A stretch of 64,000 bases of DNA, taken from assembly GCF_009914755.1 (NCBI RefSeq), contig NC_060928.1. One strand, 5' to 3'. The number at the start of each line of letters is the position of its first letter. Positions within the stretch are counted from its first letter, which is position 1. The notes under the pieces were generated by a model, which had not been told where the DNA came from, searched no databases, and saw only the letters and a list, made by a program, of their open reading frames with translations. The translations under genes and the position numbers were made by a program. This DNA is from the human T2T-CHM13v2.0 reference genome, Homo sapiens. Of the stretch, positions 13,681-27,434 are shown piece after piece.

Positions 13681-15038
13681 AGTGGCTGGCAAGATGGCCG
13701 AATAGGAACAGCTCCAGTCTGCAGCTCCCAGTGAGATCAATGCAGAAGGCAGCTGATTTCTGCATTCCCAACTGAGGTACCTGGCTCATCTCATTGGAAC
13801 TGATTAGACAATGGGTGCAGCCCACGGAGGGCAAGCCAAAGCATGGTAGGGCATTGCCTCACCCTGGAAGTGCAAAGGTTCAGGGAACTCCCTCCATTAA
13901 CCAAGGAAAGCTGTGAGGGACTGTGCCATGAGGAAGGGTGCATTTCAGCCCAGATACTATGCTTTTCCCATGGTCTTCGCAACCGACAGTCCAGGAGATT
14001 CCCTTGGGTGCCTACACCACCAGGGCCCTGGGTTTCAAGCACAAATCTTGGCAGCCTTTTGGGCAGACACTGAGCTAGCTGCAAGAGTTTTTTTGTTTGT
14101 TTGTTTCATACCCCAGTGGTGCCTGGAACGTCAGTGAGACAGAACCGTTGACTCCCCTGGAAAGGGGGCTGAAGCCAGGGAGCCAAGTGGCCTAACTCAG
14201 CAGTTCCCACCCTTATGGAGCCCAGCAAGCTAAGATCCAATGGCTTGAAATTGTTGCTGCCAGCACAGCAGTCTGAAGTCAACCTGGGATGCTGGAGCTT
14301 GGTGTGAGGAGGGGCGTTTGCCATTACTGAGACTTGAATAGGCAGTTTTCCCCACACAGTTTAAACAAAGCTGCCTGGAAGTTCAAACTGGGCAGAGCCC
14401 GTCTCAGCTTGGCAAAGATGCTGCAGCTATACTGCCTCTCTAGATTCCTCCTCTCTGGGCAGGGCATCTCTGGAAGAAAGGCAGCAACCTCAGTAAGGGA
14501 CTTATAGGTAAAACTCCCATCTCCCTGGGACAGAGCAACTGCGGGAAGGGGCAGCTATAGGCGCAGCTTCAGCTTCAGCAGTCTTAGCCATTCCTGCCTG
14601 CCAGCTCTGAAGAGAGGAATGGATCTCCCAGCACAGCGCTTGAGCTCTGCTAAGGGACAGGCTGCCTCGTCAAGTGGGTCCCTGACCCCCATGCCTCCTG
14701 ACTGGGAGACACGTCACAGCAGGGGTCAATAGACACCTCATAAAGGAGAGCTCTGGCTGGCATCTTGTGGGTGCCCCTCTGGGACAAAGCTTCTAGAGAA
14801 AGGAACAGGCAGCAATATTTGCTCTTCTGCAGCCTCCACCAGTTATACCCAGGCAAACAGGGTCTGGAGTGGACCTCCAGGAAACTCCAGCAGACCTGCA
14901 GCAGAGAGGCCTGACTCGTGGAAGGAAAACTAACAAACAGAAAGGAATAGCATCAACATCAACAAGAAGGATGTCCACACAGAAACCCCAACCAAAGATC
15001 ACCAACATCAAAGGCCCAATGTAGATACACCCACAAAG
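13681..15038 (+). promoter_or_regulatory. L1 5'UTR (internal sense promoter and antisense promoter region)
   Basis: YY1 motif caagatggcc near the 5' end; lies upstream of the ORF1 ATG; CpGs largely decayed. Confidence 0.75.
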
Positions 15039-16060
15039 ATGAGGAAAAACCAGTGCAAAAAGGCTGAAAATTCCAAAAACCAGAATACTCCTTCTCTCCT
15101 CCAAAGGATCACAACTTCTTGCCAGCAAGGGAACAAAACTGGACAGAGAATGATTTTGATGAATTGGCAGAAGTAGGCTTCAGAATGTGGATAATAACAA
15201 ACTCCTCCGAGCTAAAGGAGTATGTTCTAACTCAATGCAAGGAAGCTAAGAACCTTGAAAAAAGGTTAGAGGGATTGCTAACTAGAATAACCAGTTTAGC
15301 AACAAACATAAATGACCTGATGGAGCTGAAAAACACAGCACAAGAACTTCGTGAAGCATACACAATTATCAATAGCCGAGTCGATCAAGTGGAAGAAAGG
15401 ATATCAGAGAATGAGGATCAACTTAATTAAATAAAGCGTGAAGACAAGATTAGAGAAAAAAAGAATGAAAAGGAACAAACAAAGCCTCCAAGAAATATGG
15501 GACTATGTGAAAAGACCAAATCTATGTTTGATTGTTGTATCTGAAAGTGATGGGGGAGAATGGAACCAAGTTGGAGAACACTGTTTATCCAGGAGAACTT
15601 CCCCAACCTAGCAAGACAGGCCAACATTCAAATTCAGGAAATACAGAGAACACCACAAAGATACTACTTGAAAAGAGCAACCCCAAGATTCATAATCATC
15701 AGACTCACCAAGGTTGAAATGAAGGAAAAAATGTTAAGGGCAGCCAGAGAGAAAGGTCAGGTTACCCACAAAGTGAAGTCCATCAGACTAACAGCTGATC
15801 TCTTGACAGAAACCCTACAAGCCAGAGTAGAGTGGGGGCCAATATTCCACATTCTTAAAGAAAAGAATTTTCAACCCAGGATTTCATATTGCACCAAACT
15901 AAGCTTCATAAGCGAAGGAGAAATAAAATCCCTTACAGACAAGCAAATGCTAAGAGATTTTGTCACCACCAGGTCTCCCTTACAAGAGCTCCTGAAGAAA
16001 GCACTAAATATGGAAAGGAAAAACTGGTACCAGTCAGTGCAAAAACACACCAAATTGTAA
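15039..16060 (+). pseudogene. L1 ORF1p (disrupted)
   Basis: ATG at 15039; fragments 15119-15430 (coiled coil) and 15560-16060 (IQENFPNLARQANIQIQEIQRTPQRY...KHTKL) are broken by frameshifts and stops. Confidence 0.93.
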
Positions 16061-16123
16061 AGATCATCGACACTATGAAGAAACTGCATCAACTAATGGG
16101 CAAAATAACCAGTTAGCATCATA

Positions 16124-16326
16124 ATGACAGGATCAAATTCACACGTAACAATATTAACCTTAAATGTAAATGGGCTAAATGCCCCAACTTAAAAACACTG
16201 ACTGGCAAATTGGATAAAGAGTCAAGACCCATTGGTGTGCTTTAATCAGGAGACCCATCTCACGTGCAAAGACACACATAGAATCAAAATAAAGGAATGG
16301 AGGAATATTTACCAAGCAAATGGAAG

Positions 16327-16359
<33 letters not shown>

Positions 16360-19300
16360 CAGGGGTTGCAATTCTAGTCTCTGATAAAACAGACTTTAAA
16401 CAAACAAAAATCAAAAACAAAAAAGACAGGCATTACATAATGGCAAAGGGGTCAATGCAACAAGTAGAGCTAACTATCCTAAATATATATGTACCCAATA
16501 CAGGAGCACCCAGATTCATAAAGCAAGTTCTTAGAGACCTACAAACAGACATAGACTCCCACACAATAATAGTGGGAGAGTTGAACATCCCACTATCAAT
16601 ATTTGACAGATCAATGAGGCAGAAAATTAACAAGGATATTCAGTACTTGAACTCAGCTCTGGACCAAGCGGACCTAATAGACATCTACAGAACTCTCCAC
16701 ACCAAATCAACAGAATATACAGTCTTCTCAGCACATCATGCTTATTCTAAAATTGACAACATAATTGGAAGTAAAACACTCCTCAGCAAATGCAAAAGAA
16801 CAGAAATCATAACAATCTCTCAGACCACAGTGCAATCAAATTAGAACTCAGGGTTAACAAATTCAATCAAAACCACACAACTACATAGAAACTGTACAAC
16901 CTGCTCCTGAATGACTACTGGGTAAATAACAAAATTAAGGCAGAAATAAGTAAGTTATTTGAAACCAATGAGAACAAAGACACAATGTACCAGAATCTCT
17001 GGGACACAGTTAAGAAGTGTTTAGTGGGGAATTTATAGCACTAAATGCCCACAAGAGACAGTGGAAAAGATTTAAAATCAACACCCTAACATCACAATTA
17101 AAAGAAATAGAGAAGCAAGAGCAAACAAATTCAAAAGCTAGCAGAAGACAAGAAATAACTAAGATCAGAGCAGAACTGAAGGAGATAGAGACATGAAAAA
17201 CCCCTCAAAAAATCAATGAATCCAGGAGTTGTTTTTTTTTGAAAAGATTAACAAAATATATAGAACATTAGCCAGACGAATGAAAAAGAAAGACAGAAAA
17301 ATCAAATAGACACAATAAAAAGCGATAAGGGGAGATCACCGCTGATCTTACAGAAATACAAACTACCATCAGAGAATACTATAAACACCTCTACACAAAT
17401 AAACTACAAAATCTAGAAGAAATGGAAAAATTCCTGGATACATACACCCTCCCAAGACTAAACCAGGAAGAAGCCAAATCCCTGAATAGACCAATAACAA
17501 GCTCTGAAATTGAGGCAGTAATTAATAGCGTACCAACCAAAAAAAAAGCCCAGGACCAGACAGATTCACAGCCAAATCCTACCAGAGGTACAAAGAGGAA
17601 CTGGTACCATTCCTTCTGAAACTGTTCCAAACAATAGAAAAAGAGGGACTCCTCCCTAAATCATTTTATGAGTCCAGCATCATCCTGGTACTAAAGCCTG
17701 GCAGAGACACCATAAAAAAAGAAAATTTCAGCCCAATATCCCTGATGAACACTGATGCTAAAATCCTCGACAAAATATTGGCAAACCGAATCCAGCAGCA
17801 CATCAAAAAGCTTATCCACCACGATCAAGTCGGCTTCATCCCTGGGATGCAAGGCTGGTTCAACCTATGCAAATCAATCAACGTAATCCATCACATAATC
17901 AGAAGCAATGACAAAAAACCACATGATTATCTCAATAGATGCAGAAAATACCTTTGATAAAATTCAACACCCTTCATGCTAAAAACTCTCAATAAGCTAG
18001 GTACTGATGGAACGTACCTCAAAATAATAAGACTTATTAATGACAAATCCACAGCCAATGTCATACTGAATGGGCAAAAGCTGGACAATTCCCTTTGAAA
18101 ACCAGCACAAGACAAGGATGCCCTCTCTCACCACTCCTGTTTGAAATAGTATTGGAAGTTCTGGCCAGGGCAATCAGGCAAGAGAAAGAAAGAAAGGGTA
18201 TTCAAATAGGATGAGAGGAAGTCAAATTGTCTTTATTTGCAGATGAAATGATTTTACATTTAGAAAACCCCATCATCTCAGCCCAAAATCTCCTGAATCT
18301 GATAAGCAACTTCAGCAAAGTCTCAGGATACAAAATTAATGAGCAAAAATCACAAGCATTTCTATACACCAAAAATAGACAAACAGAGAGCCAAATCATA
18401 GGTGAACTCCCATTCACAATTGCTACAAAGAGAATAAAATACCTAGGAATCCAACTTACAAGGGAGGCGAAGGACCTCTTCTAGGAGAACTACAAACCAC
18501 TGCTTAAGGAAATAAGAGAGAACACAAACAAATGGAAAAACATTCCATGTTCATGGATAGGAAGAATCAGCATCGTGAAAATGACCACACTGCCTAAAGT
18601 AATTTATAGATTCAATGCTATCCCTATCAAGCTACCACTGACTTTCTTCACAAGAGTAGAAAAAAAGCTACTTTAAATTTCATGTGAAACCGAAAAAGAG
18701 GCTGTAGAGTCAAGACAATCCTAAGCAAAAAGAACAAAGCTGGAGGCATCATGCTACCTGATTTCAAACTATACTACATGCTACAGTAACCAAAACAGCA
18801 TGGTATTCATACCAAAACAGATATATAGACCAATGGAACAGAACAGAGGCCTCAGAAATAACACTACACATCTACAACCATCTGATCTTTGACAAATCTG
18901 ACAAAAACAAGCAATGGAGAAAGGACTCCCTATTTAATAAATTGTGTTGGGAAAACTGGCTAGCCATATGCAGAAAACTGAAACTGGACCCATTCCTTAC
19001 ACCTTATATAAAAATTAACTCAAGACGGATTAAAGACTTAAACGTAAGGCCTAAAACCATAAAAACCCTAAAAGAAAACTAGGCAAAGCTATTCAGGACA
19101 TAGACATGGACAAAGACTTTATGATTAAAACACCAGAAGCAATGGCAACAAAAGCCAAAATTGACAAATGGCATTAATTTAACCAAAGGACTTCTACACA
19201 GCAAAGAAACTGCCATCAGAGTGAAGAGGCAACCTACAGAATGGGAGAAAATTTCTGCAATCTGTCCATCTGACAAAAGGCTAATATCCAGAATCTACAA

Positions 19301-19949
19301 AGAACTTCAACACATTTACAACCCCATCAAAATGTGGGCAAAGGATATGAACAGACACTTCTCAAAATAAGACATTTATGCAGACAACAAACATATGAAA
19401 AAAAAGCTCATCATCACTGGTCATTAGAGACATGCAAATCAAAACCACAATGAGATACCATCTCACGCCAGTTAGAATGGCAATCATTAAAAAGTCAGGA
19501 AACAATAAATGCTGGAGAGGATATGGAGAAATAGGAACACTTTTACACTGTTGGTGGGAGTGTAAACTAGTTCAACCATTGTGAAAAACAGTGTAGTGAT
19601 TCCTCAAGGATCTAGAACTAGAAATACCACTTGACCCAGCAATCCCATTACTGGGTATATACCCAAAGGATTATAAATCATCCTACTATAAAGACACATG
19701 CATATGTATGTTTATTGCAGCACTATTCACAATAGCCCAGACTTGGAACCAACCCGAATGCCCAACAATAATAGACTGGATTAAGAAAATGTGGCACATA
19801 TACAGCAGGGAATACTATGCAGCCATAAAAAAGGATGAGTTCATGTCTTTGCAGGGACATGGATGAAGCTGAAAACCATCATTCTGAGCAAACTAACACA
19901 GGAACATAAAAGCAAAGACTGCATTTTCTCACTCATAATTGGGAGTTGA
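16124..19949 (+). pseudogene. L1 ORF2p endonuclease/reverse transcriptase (disrupted)
   Basis: atgacaggatcaaattc start; EN fragment (AGVAILVSDKTDFK), RT fragments ([15 protein letters not shown]; SLFADEM in place of FADDM); multiple stops and frameshifts. Confidence 0.95.
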
Positions 19950-20259
19950 ACAAAGAGAACACATGGACACAGGGAGGGGAACATCACACACTGGGGCCTG
20001 TCAGGGGAGGGGGGATGCTAGGGGAGGGATAGCATTAGGAGAAATACCTAATGTAGATGACGGGTTGATAGGTGTAGTAAACCATCATGACATGTGCATA
20101 CCTATGTAACAAACCTGCACGTTCTGCACATGTATCCCAGATCTTAAAGTATAATAAAACAATTAAATTAAATTAAATTAAAAAATTCCTTTTCTATTCT
20201 TATTCCTGCCTTCCTCATTCAAAATCCTATCAGTCTGTTAAGACAAGAATATTTCTTCT

Positions 20260-20930
20260 ATCATTTTCATCTTAGCGAATGGCTACTGTATGCATTTCAT
20301 TTCTCAGGGCAAAAATCCTGAGAAATGAAAAGCATCAGTATTTTTGGCTCTTTCTTCTCTCCAAAAGTAGGTCCACTCTAAGAGTAAATCCTGTCATTAA
20401 TGGATTCTGAATCTGACCACAGCTCACCATCATCACTTCTGACTTGTTGGTCCAAGATATGACCATCTTTTCCCTACATTATTCAAATAGCCTCTTACTG
20501 AGACTTGTTCTACTAACTTTAGTTTGGTTCCTTGCTGGCAGCAAGAGTGATTTTGTCAAAACACAAATCAGAGCATGTCATTCTTTTGACACCCTCATTA
20601 TATTCTTATCTTACTCAACAAAAAAGCCAATGTTTGGCTCAAGGCCTACCAGGCCCAGTAGTAGCTGAGCTTATTTCTTTCTTCAACTTTCCTTCCTGCC
20701 CCTCTTTTTCTTTTCTCACTCATCTCCAGCCACAGTGTCTTTCTTGCTTATTTTCACTCAAGATGGAGCACTCCAAACTTAGGGCTTTTGCATGTGCTAT
20801 GTTGGTACATTTTTTTCTTGTGCTAGTTAACACCACCTAATTAGACTGGCTTTATTGTCAAGAGATTGAATCTTGTTTATCAAACTATATTTATTCCCCA
20901 CAGAAGCCTAGAACAACATATATAATTTCT
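20260..20930 (+). mobile_element. L2 LINE 3' fragment
   Basis: ggtccaagat..accatctttt..attattcaaatagcctcttactg..gcagcaagagtgattttgtcaaaacacaaatcagagcatgtca..agggcttttgcatgtgct are L2 motifs. Confidence 0.75.
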
Positions 20931-20959
20931 AACTTTGCCATATAATAATTGTTAAATTA

Positions 20960-21049
20960 CTAGGTCGGTGTGAAGGTAATTGTGGTTTTTGCCATTGAGA
21001 GTAATTACTCTCAATGGCAAAAACCACAATTAGCTTTGCAGCAAGCTAA
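20960..21049. mobile_element. MADE1 (Hsmar1-derived MITE), 90-bp variant
   Basis: Mariner TIRs taggtcggtgtgaaggtaattgtggtttttgccatt / aatggcaaaaaccacaattagctttgcagcaagctaa, flanked by TA (20958-59 and 21050-51). Confidence 0.95.
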
Positions 21050-22390
21050 TAAGTTTACACAAACGTGAGTTCAAAGGTTTACATATGGAATGGAACCGAA
21101 ATCCACACACAGAGTTAATAGTAGGGAAAGTAATGTGTCCTGATCCTTTGATTACAAGTCAACTAGCTAACCTTTTCTACACCTCGCAGAAATTCAAATT
21201 GAAGCATCTACTCATATTTTATAGAGCAGTTCTTGTTAAGTGACTATTCTTTTCTTCGTAGGGCAAAGTTCTCTTTAAAAGGAGTCTGACAGCATTGAGT
21301 TTTCTTGTAAGCAAGGAGAAATGCCAACCTCAATTAAATGAAAACCTACTGTACTTCCACCTGAGTTGCCATCCTTGGGATCTTGTTTTTCTTTATAATG
21401 ATCCTACATCTGTGTGTGTGTGTGGTGTGTGTGTACATGCTCATGTGGGCATTAATTCCAATGTAGTTAAGAGAAAGATATCTTTACATAATCAAATGTG
21501 GTTTTTTTCTGAGAAAAAGATATAAGCTGAACTACATATATAAAACTTTTTAAACTTTCTCTCTCGTTTAGTTCACTATGTTTATTCTTTTACCTTAAAT
21601 ATTTTATTTCTTTTTTTCTTTCTTCAGTTTCTTAGAGTCTTGGTGGTTAAATCATCAATATGGCTAAATAATATAGAAAGTCACTTCAGATTTATTTTAG
21701 ACTTAAGGAAGTTTACAAATAAATGTTAGAAATGAATAAAATACAGAAAATGCATTTTTGTAGTGTATTATATTAACTGACCACGCTGTGCTTCTTTTCA
21801 ACTAAAACATTAAATAAAAATAAATACTAGCTAACACTTTTAGATGAAAAAGAAAAAAATTAAAGTTTTAATCTACAAAAAACACTTTTTCTTCTAAATG
21901 TTTTATCACATTTAAACTACTCACCATCAACATTTTCAAAGTAATGATAGACCATCTTAAAATATATTAAATAATGTTATTTTGATACAGAATAAAACAT
22001 AGGAAGATGAATGTTGTTATTTTATGTTTGTCTTGCCAAGAAATAAAGAAAACCCAGCTTAGTTGCTTTTGCATTAATGTAACCAGTGTTTTACTCCATC
22101 ATTTGCTTAATCTACTTGATTTGAATAAAAGACAATACTTCTGGTTTTTACAATGTTGAAAATTCACTATATAGATATTGGTGAAAATCAGGCTTTGTAT
22201 TTTTAAAAAGATAGTAAAAATGCATAATTTGAAGTTTCCCAAATTCAAGGATAGGTTAATCTAATTGTTCTATATCAAAAGACCTAGCAAAGTTAAAAAA
22301 AAAGTTTCAGAGAGACAAAGAGAAATAAGTTACAAAGAACTTTCAGAGAGAAAAAGGAATAACATAAAACATGTCTTAAATGCAAAGAAA

Positions 22391-22700
22391 GTCCAAGTGT
22401 GGTGGCTCTGTCTGCTGAGCATTTTGGGAGGCCAAGGCAGGAGGATAGCTTGAGGCCAGGAGTTCAAGATCAGCCAGGGCAACATAGTGAAAACCCTTCT
22501 TTCCAAAAAAAAAAAACCCACAAAACTTAGCTGGGCGTGGTGTCACATACCTGTAATCCCAGCTACTCCGGAGGCTGAGGTGGGAAAATCACCTGAGGTC
22601 AGGAAGTCGAGGCGGCAGTGTGCAGTGATACCACCACTGCCCTCCAGCCTGGGTGTGGGAGTGGGACTGTGTATCAGAAAAAAAAAAGGAGGGAAAGAAC
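22391..22700 (+). mobile_element. AluJ
   Basis: Diverged dimeric Alu with J features; perfect 12-bp TSD aatgcaaagaaa at 22379-22390 and 22701-22712. Confidence 0.92.
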
Positions 22701-23084
22701 AATGCAAAGAAAGAGATATGTACAGGGCATCATGCATCATGCATAATGAAAGACAATGATGATAGATATAAGGAACAGAAGCCATAAGAAAACCCACTTG
22801 TGAATGCATCAACTTACCTTAGCTCTTTATCTAAACTCTTGGTTAAAAAAGTAATTGATTTGGACAAGGCTTTCCCAGTGTTTTAACACAGAGAATGGCC
22901 TTAATACAATTAGCCTTGTCAGAAATAATATTCAGAATTCAAAAAAAATTCATTAACCAACTGCTTGCCCGTGTAAAGCTCTTTTAAGAAATTTATGGCA
23001 ACACATTTCAAAGAGTAATACATTTGGACCTGAGGAAGGTGACGATAATGATGATAATTATGATGATGATGGTGGTGATAGCAA

Positions 23085-23240
23085 AACATAATTATGGGAG
23101 TGATATTCCCTCTCATTTGCTGTATTCTACTGGTTAAAAGGAGCATACAGGTGGCACCTCCACTCAAAGAGAAGGGATTATACCCTAGGATGTGGTCGCC
23201 ACAAGCTAAAGGTGTTTTTAGAGCATTTGGAAGATGTCTA
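23085..23240 (-). mobile_element. MLT1-family LTR fragment, next to an (ATG)n-like tract at ~23040-23080
   Basis: ggagtgatattccctctcatttgctgtattctactggttaaaag...ccactcaaagagaagggattatac. Confidence 0.65.
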
Positions 23241-23857
23241 GAGCATGGCATCAAATAAATATCGTGGCATTTCTTGGATTTTTTTGTAACTTAATACATT
23301 ATCTGACCTAAATCTCTTTTACTTTTGTTTTCAGAGTTACACTTCCATATTTAGCACTGGGACTCAAGTTGTCTAGACCAAAAAGTTATTGAAATTGCAC
23401 TCACCTTCCTTGGAAAAAAATTAAATTTGAATGAATAAAGAGTTGTACTAAAATTATGAAAAACTAATGAATTTTAAAAGTTGGGGTTGTTACACATTTA
23501 GCAATATAATCTCATACTTATAAAATATATTTCAAGGAAATATTGAGGACAATGCATAGAGACTGCATGATAAAGATGTTAATTATATCATTCCTTTTCT
23601 GGGAAAAAATTCAAATGTCAAAATATTACCTAAAGGTGTAACCAGTTGATTGAATGAAATGGGCTAGATAGGGTACAATCAAGAAACAGAAGTTGCACAG
23701 TAATTAATGTATTCAAACATGATATATCAGATTTATCCTTGCTGCTGCTTAATGATATCTTGAGTATATAGTATAATTTTATTTACACTTTGAAATTTTT
23801 TTCATATATTACGAAAGATAACTTTGCTTAACTCACAACTTTAAACTTAAACTCTAT

Positions 23858-24183
<326 letters not shown>

Positions 24184-27100
24184 TAAGTGAAAAAGGGGAA
24201 AATATGTGTTTTATTTGTTTCGATTTTTAACTAGTGGAGATTATTTGCGTGTCTCTTCTGCCTTTCAAATGCAATCTATCCCAATGCAGGTATCCAAATA
24301 TTGGCTACTTATTGGGCTTTAATAGTAGATTATTCAGAGAACCCTCAGAAAATCACTGTACAATTCCTCGCTTTGAACAGTAGCTTCTTACATATTCTTT
24401 CCAGCCCCTCAGTGATAAAATACTCCAATGTTGTATATAATTGGACTCTTCAATTATCAGCCAAGTTTGTGGCTTGATAGATTTAGCATGGAGTGAGAAA
24501 CTTTGACTATTCTTCCTCTCACTCCACTGGAGGGGAAAGAAAATAGGGATAGAGGAAAAGAACTCAAACACTATCTATTTTTGACCTTAGCATGCAGAAC
24601 ACCTGGGCTGTGGCTTGCATATCACACAAAATTTGCAAAAAATAATAAGACAATACAATACAATGCATATATGCAAGAATGTGTATGGCCTATTGATTCA
24701 AGATTTTGGCTCAGTGTTGACAAGCAAGATGTTTAACCCCAAGGCATCTAATCTCCTACATCTTCACCTCTCTTGCTTTATGTTTTTCAAAGAAAAAGTA
24801 TATCCTAATGTCTTGGAAGTTTGTGAATTCTTTATTTGCAGTGTCAGGGACATGGAGTGAATAATTTGAATTTCAGATACTATATGCCTGGTGGAAATGT
24901 TTCAGTAAGAAAAAAAACTAATTAAATAATTTGTCACATGCTTAATTTCAGATAGCATGAATGCAATAGATTCTTGCTTAATGGAATGCCCCCCTACTCT
25001 AATAGTGCCATATTTCAATATTCTTTCATAGTGTTTCAATTTGTGATTTCAGAATTAGTGAGATCCTTTCAACAGTTATATAGAATGATTAATAAACATT
25101 GTTAACATTAAAAAATGTATAATGCTGTTAAATTTATGCATACTATACATGTGTGTGTATTTCTAAACATAATATGTATTATTAATGAGATACCAGTTCC
25201 TTAAATTGGTAGCATATTGCAAGCTTGCAATTTTTTTTAAATAATTGAAATATCTACATTTTTAAAAAAACTTAAAATTAAATGCTATTTAAATAATGTT
25301 AAGTAACAATTTTCAAATATTTATATTCCTTATTGGTAATCTGTATTTTGCCTTTTAATATTAGTAGGGGATTATAAATAATTTAAAAGAAAAATAACTT
25401 TCAAACATATTCATATTTCTTACATTTAACTTAATTTACATTTTTGTGCAAATATTACCATTTTACACTTTCAATACAATTATATCTTATTTAAGTTATT
25501 TGATATTATTACTATTCTTTCTACACAAATTATGTAAAAATATTGATTATGATAATGTAATTATTGTTTTTTCTGAAATAAAGGCAAGAAAAAGAGTTAA
25601 TGTGGAATAAATACAAAAAATATGAATTATGTATAAATTCTATTACTCATTTAAACATCACTTGCCATCTATAAAGTATTTAGACATCAAAAGCAATAAT
25701 TAAATATTTAAAAGTAAAGTCTATAGCCTCCCACATGTTTTTCAATTTTATAATTATAAAAGTAAATTTATCAAGGTAGGAAACTAGAACAGATATTATT
25801 TAGCAATTTGTTTTTATAAGTTGATAATATTTATGTGAATATTACTTGAATCTTTTTTCTTTCCCTGGCCCTGGCCTGAAGATATGAGGGGCATGAATTT
25901 AAACAATATCTCTTTGTTTACCTGGAAATGTTTATAATTTCTCCTTGTTGATTTTTTTCTGAATCTTTGGAAAACAATGACTGACTGTCAGTGCCCAGTA
26001 TAAGTTAAGCATCCAAGCTTCCCCAGTGCCCAATTCCTTCTTGGGTTCTTGTTTACTGCCCCAAATAGCACTCCTGATTCAGTTACAAGTGCCATCTTTG
26101 TGCATCTATTTACCTGTTGCTTCTAGAGTCTCTTGAGCAAATAGACAATGCTCCTGAATCAGGAACTGGTAAGATAGTTGAAGCTGAAAAAGGTTTTGCA
26201 CTATTAGCCTTTGATTCACAGGATATTCACACTTTCTTAATTTATGGAATGAAGACAGTGCAATCTGGTACACTCTGGTAGTTAAACTGGCAGTTACATG
26301 GAATTTGATATTTCTGTCTAATTCTTAGATAAGCACAAGGGCAGATCATCAAGTCAAATGCCTTGAAGTCTTTAAAGTAGCACATTGAGTATGGGTTACC
26401 AATAACATAAGTGGGGCAGGGAAGGAGTAGAGTATCACCACTGAACTGCCTTTCTCTGTCCTATTTTTCTCCTGGTATTAACCGGGAGGATGGACATTGA
26501 ATTAGTGACTGGTAATAGGCAAGTTCCTTCTTACAAACTTTGGTAGTTCTTAGAGAACGGCAATGGGCTCAGACATTGGCAACTCTTTATAGGTTCAAAC
26601 TAAAAACAGAATTTTAGCTTTTTAAAAGTGTTACTCCCAGTTAGTATATTAATTAATATATAACTTTCATTCTTTATCTTGTTATAAATGTTAAGTTAAA
26701 ATATGAGATTACTTAAAATGCAAATTATCTCAAAGGAAACTGTGGCTTATATAACCAGTTAACTATTTCACAAACAATTCCACATAATAAACAATTTTAT
26801 ATATTTTACAGTATGGAGGGCAGCTTGTGAAAAAGCACTTCTTTATAAGAGTAAAAGTCTTAATAAATGAATATTATAAATAGCAGAAAACAAAATGCTA
26901 AATAACAATAAAATATCTCAAGAGATGTGGTACAACCTAAGATCATCACTAGGGTATCAGTTAGGCCCTGAAAAGGCCTTCCACTTTAAGAAGAAATCAT
27001 TTCATTTTCCACTCAGAAGGCCATTTCCTATTTTTAAAACTGCAGGTCTAGCTTTGACATTAAACTAATATATATTGATTCCTATCTCTCTGGTTATACT

Positions 27101-27434
27101 AGAGAATATTGATTCTTATGTTAAAAAAATTATCGACACCCTTATCACAGTGTTCCTGAAATTAATATTTTAACATTTGCAAGAAAGCACTAATCTATTA
27201 ATCAGTAGATTAATATTCCGACCTCAAAATTCACATTTGTGGGAAAAGGGTAGAGAGAGAAGACCTCCAGAATATTACAGAATTTTATGCTCTTCAACAT
27301 TTCCTCTTTCTGTGCAATCATTTGTCCTTTGGGCTCTTACGGTGAATATTCGATATTATGCAAAAAACTTTATAAGTTTGGGGCATGCATGCTTAGAAAA
27401 GTAAAATCATTTTCTTATTGTATGATATAGGTAT

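Larger units (their letters stand above)
13681..20180 (+). mobile_element. Full-length LINE-1, L1PA7-like (~6.5 kb), retrotransposition-dead
   Basis: 5'UTR start ggcaagatggccgaataggaacagctcc (YY1 site), ORF1, ORF2, 3'UTR gtagatgacgggttgat...gttctgcacatgtatcccag, (AATTA)n tail; approximate TSD aaaaatctcc (13671-13680) / aaaaattcc (20181-20189) at a TT/AAAA site. Confidence 0.97.

Noticed and set aside
13681-20180. Potentially active L1
   Set aside because: ORF1 and ORF2 have multiple frameshifts and stops, and the RT motif reads FADE instead of FADD.
25216-25231. 16-bp palindrome attgcaagcttgcaat
   Set aside because: Palindromes with 8-bp arms are expected about once per 64 kb by chance.
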